Shown here: positions 29,459-38,318 of the stretch, in pieces
Position numbering within the stretch: position 1 is the stretch's first letter
How the letters are laid out: each line of letters starts with the position of its first letter
Assembly (NCBI GenBank): GCA_963764715.1
Contig: CAVXTP010000017.1
Location: 65,524 to 129,523 of the forward strand
From: an uncultured Acidobacteriota bacterium
Lineage (GTDB): Bacteria; Acidobacteriota; Thermoanaerobaculia; UBA5066; Gp7-AA6
Length of the DNA stretch: 64,000 nucleotides
Direction of reading: 5' to 3'
The notes under the pieces: generated by a model
Databases searched by the model: none
What the model was told of the DNA's origin: nothing
What the model saw: only the letters and a program-made list of their open reading frames with translations
Made by a program: the position numbers and the translations under genes

Positions 29459-32400
29459 TCATGCGGAGCGCGCCGCCCGGCCGCGCAGGGGCACCCGCAC
29501 GCGGATCCGCGTGCCTCCCGGCCTCCGGGAATCCGCCTCGAAGGTGCCGCCGAGGCCGAGGGCGCGCGCCTTCATGTTGGCGAGGCCGTGCCCCGCGCAC
29601 GCGCCGGCCGCGCCTTCCGCGAACCCGATCCCGTCGTCCTCGACCTCGATCGAAAGCGTCTGCGCCTCCGGCGCGATGCGGATCGAGGCCCGTCCCGCGC
29701 GGGAATGGCGGGCGACGTTCGTCAGGGCCTCCTTGAGCACCAGGTAGATCTGCCGCCGGGTCTCGGGCTCGAGCGCGCGCTTCTCGAAATCCGGCGCGAC
29801 CTCGAGGGTCCAGGCGATCCCCCGGCCCTCGAGGGCGTTCGCGGCGAAGTGCCGGATCCGCGCGAGCAGGCTCGCGGCGTCGTCCCGGCGCGGGTCCGTG
29901 GACCACACGATGTCGCTCATGGAGTCGACGAGCGCACGCGCCCGCTCGCCGATCTCCTGGAGCACCTTTCCGGGATCGCGGCCGGGCGATCCCCGCGGCA
30001 GCTCCGAGAGGATCGCGATCTCCGAGAGGCCGGCGCCGACGTCGTCGTGGAGGTCGGTGGCGACGCGCGTGCGGACCCGGTCGATCGCGAGCGCCCGCTT
30101 GAGGCGGCTGCGGTGGAGGGCGTAGGCCGCGGCGAGGGCCAGGAGAGCGAGGCCTCCGATCACCTCCGGCCGCTTCCAGAACGACGGGAGAACGCGGAAG
30201 CGGACCTCGGCCTCCCTCCCTCCCATCGATCCGTCGTTGGCGATGGCGCGCACGCGGAAGCGGTAGGCGCCCGACGGCAGCCTCGCGTAGACGACCGACG
30301 GCCGGGACGTCGGCGCGCTCCAGTCGCGGTCGAGGCCGTCGACCCGGTACTGGTAGCGCGGCCGGCCACCCGGCGCGAAATCGAGCGCGACGAAGTCGAT
30401 CTCGACGGAGGTCGGCTCGGTCGCGCGCGCCGACAGCTGCGCCGAGGTCACGCCGAGCTCGGCGAAGGGCTCGCGGACGCCGTTGACGAGCACGCGCGTG
30501 ACCCGCAGCGGCAGCGCCTTCCGAGGCGCGTCGGGGACCGGCTCGAGCCACGAGAGGCCCTCCGAGGAGCCGAACCAGAGACGTCCCCGGCGGTCCCGGA
30601 GGCAGGTCTCGATCACTCCGCGGGCGAGACCGTCGTCGCTCGTGAAGTGCTGGACGTTCCCGCTCGCCGGATCGACCCGGTCGAGGCCCCGCTCGGTCCC
30701 GGCGTAGATGCGCCCCTGCGGGTCCTCGGCCAGCGAATACGCGTTGTCGCTCGCCAGGCCCTGCGCCGAGGAGACGCGTTCGAAACGCACGGAAGCCTCG
30801 GCCGGCCGGTCGACCCGGGCGAGGCCGCCGCGGCTCGTCGCGATCCATAGCCGTCCCGCGCGGTCGACGTGGAGGGCGCGGACCGATCCCGGCGGCAGCC
30901 CTTCGCGCTCGCCGAACGCGGCGGACTTCCCGCCGTGCCGGCGGACGAGCCCGCCCCGAAGGAAGCCGATCCACACGCCCCCGCCCGGGTCTTCGGCGAA
31001 CGCCATCGGCAGCTCCGCCGGGATGCCGTCGGCCGCCGAAAGAGTCTCGATCCGGTCCGTCGAGCGTTCCCAGCGCGCGAGCGGCCGATCCGTGCCCGCG
31101 AGCCCCATCCAGAGGTCCCCCCGGCGGTCTTCGAAGAGACGGTAGACCTGGTCGGAGGGCAGCCCGTCGCGCTGCGTGTAGACCCGTCGCGGCGCGACCT
31201 GCCCGAGCCGCTCGAAGGGCACCGCGGGAAACCGGAAGAGCCCCGCGAAGGTCGGCACCCACCACTCGCCGGCGGAGTCCCGCAGCGTGAGTTGATTCCA
31301 TCCCCATCCGTAGGACGTACCCGCCGGAAGGCGCACGCGCTGCGTGTGAAAGCGCTCCCCGTCGAAGCACTCGAGGAAGCCGTCGTCGCCCCCGACGTCC
31401 TCGGGTCGCCGGCCACGGGTGAATGCGCAGGGCGCGCCGCCGACGCCCGCGAAGAGGGCGCTCACCCGGTCGCTCGAGAGCCCGTCGCGGGAGTCGAGCC
31501 GCCGGAAGCCGTTCCGGGCGAGCCGCATGACGCCCGCGTCGTCGCTTCCGATCCAGAGGTTCCCCTCGCCGTCTTCCGCGAGCGACCAGATCCCGAAGCC
31601 CGCCAGCCCCTGCGCCATCGTGTGGCTCCGGACCGACGCGCGATCGGCGGCGATCTCGGAGACGCCGCCGAAGCAGGCCGCCCAGATTTCTCCGTCGGAA
31701 GTTCTCTTCAGCGCCGTGACGTGGTTTCCGGCCAGGCCGTTCTCGCTCCCGAACGCGTGCCGGGCGACGAGCTCGCCCGATGCGGAGCGGCGGACCTCCG
31801 CGATTCCCTCGGCGAGCGTCCCGACCCACAGCGGGCCGTCGGGCTCGGCGAGCAGGGCGCGGACCGTTCGCGGCGGCCCGTTCGGACCGCCGACCCGAAC
31901 GGCCGTGCTCCCCGCCCGAAGCCGGAAGAGGCCGCCCTCGGTTCCGACGAAGAGATCTCCGCCGGGGCCCCGGGCGAGCGCGTTGACGATGCGGGCGTCC
32001 GCATTGCCCGGGGGTTCGAAACGGACGCGCTCCGCCGCCCAGCTCCGCCCCGAGGGCGACACACGATAGAGCCCGTCGCGCGTTCCCGCCCAGAGCACGC
32101 CGCCGTCCTCGAGCAGCGCCTCCACCTCGTCGCCGCCTCCCGCGCCGGCGGGATGGACCACGAGCATCGACGCCGGCGGCCCGGTCGGCTCCCGGGCCGG
32201 ATTCCAGCGCACGATCCCCCGGTTGGTCGCGGCCCAGTACGCACCGTCGCCCGCCTCCAGGAGGTCGCCCACCTCGGGACCGGGCAGTCCCTCGGGCACG
32301 CCGAGGCCGGTGAACCCGTAGCCGTCGAAGCGCGCGATCCCGTCGGACGTTCCGAGCCAGAGGTAGCCGTGCGAGTCGGGAAGGATCGCGTGGATCCGGT

Positions 32401-32521
32401 CGCTCGGGAGGCCGTCGGCCGTCGTGTAGAGCTTGAGGGGGAGCTGCTCGCCGAACGTGGTGCCGGCGACCGCCGCGATGGCGGCGAACGAGACGGCGCG
32501 GAGCGCGCGTCCGGGATTCAT
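29459..32521 (-). CDS. Hybrid-architecture sensor histidine kinase with periplasmic two-component-regulator propeller (Y_Y_Y / beta-propeller) repeats, one TM, HisKA_3 and HATPase_c
   Basis: N-terminal signal/TM. Repeated GLPSD.(I/V)..(L/I)..D..G.LW(I/V)GT blades. ...TDLHDDVGAGLSEIAI (HisKA_3 H-box) and a C-terminal ATPase (EVEDDGIGF, GHGLANMKARA). Confidence 0.8.
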   Translation of the reverse strand: MNPGRALRAVSFAAIAAVAGTTFGEQLPLKLYTTADGLPSDRIHAILPDSHGYLWLGTSDGIARFDGYGFTGLGVPEGLPGPEVGDLLEAGDGAYWAATNRGIVRWNPAREPTGPPASMLVVHPAGAGGGDEVEALLEDGGVLWAGTRDGLYRVSPSGRSWAAERVRFEPPGNADARIVNALARGPGGDLFVGTEGGLFRLRAGSTAVRVGGPNGPPRTVRALLAEPDGPLWVGTLAEGIAEVRRSASGELVARHAFGSENGLAGNHVTALKRTSDGEIWAACFGGVSEIAADRASVRSHTMAQGLAGFGIWSLAEDGEGNLWIGSDDAGVMRLARNGFRRLDSRDGLSSDRVSALFAGVGGAPCAFTRGRRPEDVGGDDGFLECFDGERFHTQRVRLPAGTSYGWGWNQLTLRDSAGEWWVPTFAGLFRFPAVPFERLGQVAPRRVYTQRDGLPSDQVYRLFEDRRGDLWMGLAGTDRPLARWERSTDRIETLSAADGIPAELPMAFAEDPGGGVWIGFLRGGLVRRHGGKSAAFGEREGLPPGSVRALHVDRAGRLWIATSRGGLARVDRPAEASVRFERVSSAQGLASDNAYSLAEDPQGRIYAGTERGLDRVDPASGNVQHFTSDDGLARGVIETCLRDRRGRLWFGSSEGLSWLEPVPDAPRKALPLRVTRVLVNGVREPFAELGVTSAQLSARATEPTSVEIDFVALDFAPGGRPRYQYRVDGLDRDWSAPTSRPSVVYARLPSGAYRFRVRAIANDGSMGGREAEVRFRVLPSFWKRPEVIGGLALLALAAAYALHRSRLKRALAIDRVRTRVATDLHDDVGAGLSEIAILSELPRGSPGRDPGKVLQEIGERARALVDSMSDIVWSTDPRRDDAASLLARIRHFAANALEGRGIAWTLEVAPDFEKRALEPETRRQIYLVLKEALTNVARHSRAGRASIRIAPEAQTLSIEVEDDGIGFAEGAAGACAGHGLANMKARALGLGGTFEADSRRPGGTRIRVRVPLRGRAARSA

Positions 32522-32564
32522 GACGTCGTGCGGGAAGTCTCCGCTTCGAACCCCCGGGACAGGC

Positions 32565-34379
32565 CTACCAGCCGACCGGCTTTCCCTTGTTCTGCTCGTC
32601 GAGCCACTTCTGGAGCGGGGCGAAGTAGTCGCGGATCGCGGTCGCGTCCATCTGCCGCTGGCCCGTCAGGGCCTCGAGCGCGTCGGGCCAGGGACGGGAC
32701 TGCCCCATCGCCAGCGTGTCGCGCAGGCGCTTGCCCGCCGCCGCGTTTCCGTAAATCGAGCAACGGTTGAGCGCTCCCGTGCAACCCGCGGTCTTCGTCA
32801 GCGCCCGGTGGAACTGGAACTGCAGGATGTCGGCGAGGAAGTAGCGCGTGTACGGAACGCCCGCGGGCACGTGGTACTTCGCGCCCGGGTCGAACGCGTC
32901 GGCCGGACGCGCGATCGGCGGCGCGACGCCCTGGTACTTCAAGCGCAGGTCCCAGAACGCCTTGTTGTAGTCGGCGGGCGGAATCTCCCCGGAGAAGACC
33001 TTCCAGCGCCACTGGTCGATCAGGAGGCCGAAGGGCAGGAAGGCCACTTTCTCGAGCGCCTTCTGGAGAAGCAGGCCGATGTCCCTGGACGCGTCGGGGG
33101 CCGAGGAGAGGAGGCCGAGCTTCACGAGGTACTCCGGCGTCACCGAGAGCGCGACCGTGTCGCCGATCGCTTCGTGAAAGCCGTCGTTGGCGCTGTCGCG
33201 GAAGAGCACGGGCTGCGTGTCGTAGGCCCGCTGGTAGTAGTTGTGGCCGAGCTCGTGATGCACGGTGACGAAATCCTCGGCCGTGATGTCGATGCACATC
33301 TTGATCCGGAGGTCGTCCACGTAGTCGATGTCCCAGGCGCTCGCGTGGCAGACGACCTCGCGGTCCTGCGGCTTCACGAACATCGAGCGCTCCCAGAAGG
33401 TCTTCGGGAGCGGGTCGAAGCCGAGGGAGCTGAAGAAGCCCTCGCCGTACCGGACCATCTGGCGCGCGTCGGTCTTCCGGGACTTGAGGATCTCGGTCAG
33501 GTCGTAGCCGGGATCGGCCCCCTTCGGCGCGACCAGCGGATAGACGTTGTCCCAGGTCTGGGCCCACATGTTGCCGAGCAGATGGGCCGGGATCGGTCCG
33601 GTCGCCGGCACGGCGTCGCCGTACTTTTCCCGCAGCTTCCACCGCACGTACGCGTGGAGCGAGACGTAGAGCGGACGCACCTGCTCCCAGAGCCGGTCGA
33701 GCTCGGCTGCGAACGCCTCCGGCGCCATGTCGTACTTCGAGCGCCACATCGCGCCCGTGTCCTTGTAGCCGAGCTCCCGCGCGCCCTTGTTGGCGAGCTC
33801 GACGTACCGCACGTAGTTCGGCTGGATGGGCGGCGCGATCGTGTGCCAGCCGGCCCAGACGTCGAGGAGCTGCTTCGCGTCCCGCGACGTGGCCATGATC
33901 TTCGTGATGTCCTCGAGGTCGAGGCACTTTCCCTCGGGCGGGCAGTACTTGCCCTTGCCGTACATGCCCTCCATCGCCGCCCCGAGCCGCGTCAGCTCCG
34001 CCGCCTCGGCCGGGTCCCCGGGTGCCGCGACCGTCAGCGCGAGCTTCAGAAGCTTCAGCTTGCGCGCCGTCTCGGCGTCGGCAGGGACGCCGTCGAACCG
34101 CGTCGCCTGCTTGGCATACCGGACCCCGGCCGAGATCGCCTTCTCGTTGGCCTGGGCCGCCAGAATCTCGGTGTCGTCCGTGATGTACGTCGACTTGACC
34201 CAGTCGGCGCGGCTCGAGTCGATCCAGAGCCTCAAGAGGTCCTTCTCGGCCGCCTCGACGAAGGCCTTCGCCTCGCCGGCGGTCGGCGCCGCCGCCGCGG
34301 TCTGGGCCGCAGCCTCAGCGGACACGAGTGCCCCCGCCAGTAACAAACCGGCCGCGAGGCCGGAAAGCGGTCTCCTCAT
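32565..34379 (-). CDS. Peptidase M2 family (angiotensin-converting-enzyme-like peptidyl-dipeptidase), secreted
   Basis: 604 aa with signal peptide. HHELGH zinc motif plus downstream EAIGD; the overall length and layout match bacterial ACE homologues. Confidence 0.85.
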   Translation of the reverse strand: MRRPLSGLAAGLLLAGALVSAEAAAQTAAAAPTAGEAKAFVEAAEKDLLRLWIDSSRADWVKSTYITDDTEILAAQANEKAISAGVRYAKQATRFDGVPADAETARKLKLLKLALTVAAPGDPAEAAELTRLGAAMEGMYGKGKYCPPEGKCLDLEDITKIMATSRDAKQLLDVWAGWHTIAPPIQPNYVRYVELANKGARELGYKDTGAMWRSKYDMAPEAFAAELDRLWEQVRPLYVSLHAYVRWKLREKYGDAVPATGPIPAHLLGNMWAQTWDNVYPLVAPKGADPGYDLTEILKSRKTDARQMVRYGEGFFSSLGFDPLPKTFWERSMFVKPQDREVVCHASAWDIDYVDDLRIKMCIDITAEDFVTVHHELGHNYYQRAYDTQPVLFRDSANDGFHEAIGDTVALSVTPEYLVKLGLLSSAPDASRDIGLLLQKALEKVAFLPFGLLIDQWRWKVFSGEIPPADYNKAFWDLRLKYQGVAPPIARPADAFDPGAKYHVPAGVPYTRYFLADILQFQFHRALTKTAGCTGALNRCSIYGNAAAGKRLRDTLAMGQSRPWPDALEALTGQRQMDATAIRDYFAPLQKWLDEQNKGKPVGW

Positions 34380-34491
34380 TCGATCCTCCAGCGTACGACT
34401 TCGTTTTCGACACCGGAGAAATCTACATCAGGCCCGCAGGGCGAAAGGGCCCTCCGCAAAGTGAGTCAAACGACCCTTGCGCGGCCCGCCC

Positions 34492-35997
34492 TCAGCCGAT
34501 CCGCACGAAGTCGATGAAGCCGCGCTCGACGTCCGTCGAGATGAGCTTGACGCGGAGGCGGTCGCCGACCTCGAGATCTTCCCAGCCGTGGACGAGCTTG
34601 CCCTCGACGGGCGGCTGGAAGATCCGGACCCAGGTCCCCTTCTCCGACGCGCCCGTGACGATGGCGTCGAAGGCCTGGCCGATCCGCGGCTCGAGGAGAA
34701 GCGCGGCCGCGGATTTGCGGACCTGCCGCTCGACCTTGTCGGCGTCGTCCTCCTGCTCCGTGCAGTGGGTCGCGAGGAAGCCGAGCTCGGCGACGTCGTA
34801 GGCCGGCGGCTCGCCCGCGAGCGCCGCCTTGACGAGGCGCTGCGTGATGAGGTCGGGGTACCGGCGGTTCGGCGCCGTCGAGTGCGTGTAGTCGCGGACC
34901 GCCAGGCCGAAGTGGCCGATCGCCGCCTGGCCGGGCCGCTCGACGACGTACTCGCCGGCGCCCATCAGCTTGATGATCACGAGAGAGAGATCCGGGAACC
35001 TCAGGGGATCGGCGCGGCGACGCTTCACGAGGAAGGCCTCGAGGGCCCGCGCGTCCGGCTCGGCGGGCAGGCGCTCCCCCGACTGGGCCGCGACCGACAC
35101 GATCTTCGACCACCGCTCGGGCGAGCGGACGACGCGGCGGAGCGACGCGATGCCGCGCGACGCGAGAAACCGGGCGGTCACGCCGTTGGCGGCGATCATG
35201 AAATCCTCGATGAGCTCGCGGGCCCGGTTCTTGGGCTGGACCGCGAGGTCCGTCACGGTGTCGTCGACGAAAACCGCGCGGGGCTCGATCGTTTCGAGGT
35301 CGAGCGCACCCTCCTCGTGGCGCCGCGTGCGGAGCGCCTGCGCCACCGCGTCCTGGGCGCGGAGCTGCTCGGCCGCCCCCGGGGTTCCGTCGACCTTCTC
35401 CGGCATCGCTCCGCCCTCGAGACCGACGGAGACGCTGTCGTAGGCGAGCTTGGCCCGGTTGTGGACGGCGGCGCGGTAGATGTCGGAGCGGACGAGGGTC
35501 CCGTCCTTCTCGAAATCCATCTCGGCGACGACGGCGAGCCGGTCTGCGGCCTCGTTCAGCGACGTCAGGTCGGTCGAGAGCTTCTCCGGCAGCATCGGAA
35601 AGATCTCCGCCGCCGTGTAGATCGAGGTCGTGTTCGTCCGCGCGTGCTCGTCGATCGACGAGCCCTTCGGAACGAGCGCGTCGACGTCGGCGATCGCGAC
35701 GAAGATCCGCGTGCGCCCGCCGGGGATGGCCTCGGACACGGACAGCTGGTCGAGGTCGCGCGAGTCGTCGTTGTCGATCGAGACCCAGAGCCGGTCGCGC
35801 AGGTCCCGGATGCCGGCGCCCGAGGCCGTCGCCGGGCCCCGGATCGCGGAGAGCTCCGCGAGAACGTCGCGCGAAAAGTCGGGGGCGAGCCCCCGGTCGA
35901 CCATCGCCTTTCGGGCGATCGCCTTCAGGTCCGCGCGGTCGTGCCGCCCGGTGCGCGCCTTGCGCCGATCGAGCCCGCTGCGCCGCTCGCGTTCCAC
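34492..35997 (-). CDS. RNase II-family 3'-5' exoribonuclease (RNB domain + C-terminal S1-like), short-N-terminus type
   Basis: The RNB start signature is IRDLRDRLWVSIDNDDSRDLDQLSV, followed by the catalytic region and a C-terminal ...GKLVHGWEDLEVGDRLRVKLISTDVERGFIDF S1 fold. The start is either GTG at 35997 or ATG at 35904. Upstream track sequence is run-on antisense to the CDF gene. Confidence 0.8.
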   Translation of the reverse strand: MERERRSGLDRRKARTGRHDRADLKAIARKAMVDRGLAPDFSRDVLAELSAIRGPATASGAGIRDLRDRLWVSIDNDDSRDLDQLSVSEAIPGGRTRIFVAIADVDALVPKGSSIDEHARTNTTSIYTAAEIFPMLPEKLSTDLTSLNEAADRLAVVAEMDFEKDGTLVRSDIYRAAVHNRAKLAYDSVSVGLEGGAMPEKVDGTPGAAEQLRAQDAVAQALRTRRHEEGALDLETIEPRAVFVDDTVTDLAVQPKNRARELIEDFMIAANGVTARFLASRGIASLRRVVRSPERWSKIVSVAAQSGERLPAEPDARALEAFLVKRRRADPLRFPDLSLVIIKLMGAGEYVVERPGQAAIGHFGLAVRDYTHSTAPNRRYPDLITQRLVKAALAGEPPAYDVAELGFLATHCTEQEDDADKVERQVRKSAAALLLEPRIGQAFDAIVTGASEKGTWVRIFQPPVEGKLVHGWEDLEVGDRLRVKLISTDVERGFIDFVRIG

Positions 35998-36048
35998 GCG
36001 GCGGAGTTTACGCGAGGGCGGCCGCGCCGCGGGCACTATGATTTCGGC

Positions 36049-37008
36049 GTGACCACGGCAGCCGCGCCGATCCCCGCCCGCTCCGCGCGGTTCTACGCCT
36101 TCGTGTCGATCGGCGCGGCGGTCGTGACGATCGTGTTGAAGCTCGCGGCCTGGAAGCTGACCGGCTCGGTCGGCCTTCTCTCGGACGCCGCGGAGTCGGT
36201 CGTCAACCTCGTCGCGGCGTTGATCGCCCTGTGGGCGCTGACCGTGGCCGCGAAGCCCCCCGACCAGAAGCACGCCTTCGGTTATACGAAGGCCGAGTAC
36301 TTCTCGAGCGGCGTCGAGGGCTTTCTCATCATCGCCGCGGCGGCCGGCATCGTGGTGGCCGCGTGGGAGCGCTGGAAGACGCCGCAACCCCTGACCGACG
36401 CGTGGCTCGGCGTCGGCGTGTCCGTCGTCGCCTCCGCGATCAACGGGTCGGTCGCCGTGATGCTTCTCGCCGCCGGCCGGAGACTGCGCTCGATCACGCT
36501 GACCGCCGACGCGCACCACCTGCTGACCGACGTCTGGACCTCGGCGGGCGTCATCGTGGGGATCGCGCTCGTCGCGCTGACGGGCTGGGTCCGCCTCGAC
36601 CCTCTCATCGCCGCCGCCGTCGCCGTGAATATCGTCTGGACCGGCTGGAGGCTGGTGCGCGACACGGGCCTCGGGCTCATGGACTCTTCGCTTCCGGAGG
36701 ACGAGCGCAAGGTCGTGACCGAGGCCCTCGCGCCCTTCCAGGAGCAGGGCATCCTCTTCCACGCGATCCTGTCGCGCGTGGCCGGCCGCCGCCGCTTCGT
36801 GACGATGCACGTCCTCGTGCCCGGCACGTGGACCGTGCAGAGGGGCCACGACCTCTGCGAATCGATCGAGGCGGCCGTTCGCCAGACCCTTCCCGGCTCC
36901 CACGCGATCACGCATCTCGAGCCGCGCGAGGACCCCGTCTCCTGGGACGACCGTGGGCTCGACCGGCCCTCGCCGGAAATCAGTCCTGGAGCGCGGCCGG
37001 CAGGGTGA
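36049..37008 (+). CDS. Cation diffusion facilitator (CDF) family divalent-metal efflux transporter
   Basis: Six TM helices with the CDF signature LLSDAAESVVNLVAALIAL and HLLTDVWTSAGVIVG, plus a C-terminal cytoplasmic domain. GTG start at 36049. Confidence 0.85.
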   Translation: MTTAAAPIPARSARFYAFVSIGAAVVTIVLKLAAWKLTGSVGLLSDAAESVVNLVAALIALWALTVAAKPPDQKHAFGYTKAEYFSSGVEGFLIIAAAAGIVVAAWERWKTPQPLTDAWLGVGVSVVASAINGSVAVMLLAAGRRLRSITLTADAHHLLTDVWTSAGVIVGIALVALTGWVRLDPLIAAAVAVNIVWTGWRLVRDTGLGLMDSSLPEDERKVVTEALAPFQEQGILFHAILSRVAGRRRFVTMHVLVPGTWTVQRGHDLCESIEAAVRQTLPGSHAITHLEPREDPVSWDDRGLDRPSPEISPGARPAG

Positions 37009-38250
37009 CGATGTCGACGAGCCCCGCGCAGCCGTAGATCGCCGGCAGGACCTTCTCCGGAGGGTGGTTCCGGCGCAGGTCGGCGACGACCTCGGTGCCG
37101 GCGCGGTAGGCGGGCAGGTTCATGCGGCCGAAGAGAGGATGCTTTCCCCACGCCCCCCGAATTTCCCGGCGCGCTCTTCGGAGACCAGGAAGTCGCGCCG
37201 CAGCGCCGCGACGATCTCTTCCTGCGGCGCGCGCTCGCCCCAGGTCCGGTACGACGCCTGGTTCTTGGCGTCGTCCTGGAGGTGGGCGAGCCAGAGGCCG
37301 ATCTGGAGGTCCTCGTCGGGCACCTGTTCGACCTCGGTCAGGCCCATCGCCATCAGGACCGCGTTGTTGCCGATGCCCTCGGCGAGCGTTCCCCAGCGCG
37401 TGTTCATCGCGAGGATCGTGGCCTCGAAGCCGACGCGGCCCCGCACGTAGAGGCCCTGCATCAGCGCCGCCGTCGTAACGTGGCCGGGGACGACCTCGTG
37501 GCCGACGAGCTGCTCGAACTCGGGCACGGAAATCTGCAGCGAGGCGTTGATCTCGTAGAGCGCCTCGTACTGCGGCGAACCGTCGGGGTTGCGGGCGCGG
37601 CCGACGTAGCTCATGAAGCCCGAGAAGAACGCGTCCTTGATGGGCACGAACGTCATGTTCGAGCGCGGGACTCCTCGTAACTCGGCGGGCAGGTGGGGCG
37701 CGAGGTTCTTCGTCGTCCCGGCGTCGAAGCGGGCGATGAAGGCGTTGGCGAGCGTCGCGATCGTTTTCGGCGGCACCATCCGCTCGCGCCGCCAGGCGTC
37801 GACCGCGGCGAGGAGCTCGTCGCCGGTCTTCGACGGATATCCGGCTTTCGCCAGGAGCTCGGCGAGCCGCCGCCGCTTCTCCTCGGGGCGCGAGGGCGAG
37901 GGCGGCCTCCCCGTCGATGCGACGACGCAGCGCTCGTAGGGAACCTCCGGACCGCGGCCGAGCAGGTGCATCGAGAGGTCCCACATCACCGACATGCACT
38001 CGCCGAGGCCGTCGAAGAACGCGCCGCGCAGGCCCGGAAGCGTCGCGCCAGCGGCGGCGACGGCGTCGATCGCCCCTTTCACGTCGATCGCGGCGAGGTA
38101 GGCGTCGACGGCCGCGCGGTCCGGCTCCTTCGCGGCGACGCCCCCGGCGGCCCGGAGAGTCGCCGCGGCCGGATGCGTGTACGCCTCGGGCATCGGCTCG
38201 TCCGAGAACCAGGAATCGACGACCGCCCGCCCGGTCCCGGACGGGTTCAT
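36980..38250 (-). CDS. DUF885-like putative Zn-dependent hydrolase (HExxPGH motif), interrupted by an apparent -1/+1 frameshift in a C6 homopolymer (~37153-37158)
   Basis: The coding frame (HEVVPGHVTTAAL...) ends prematurely at 37120 after the C6 run, while the downstream frame (...KHPLFGRMNLPAYRAGTEVVADLRRNHPPEKVLPAIYGCAGLVDIVTLPAALQD*) is clearly coding to 36980. The start is taken at ATG 38250 and is uncertain. Confidence 0.5.
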
Positions 38251-38318
38251 GACGTCGCCGCCCCAGAGCGTGTCGATCCCGAGGAGGGCCGTCGCCGTGA
38301 GCGTCCCGAGCCGGTCGG

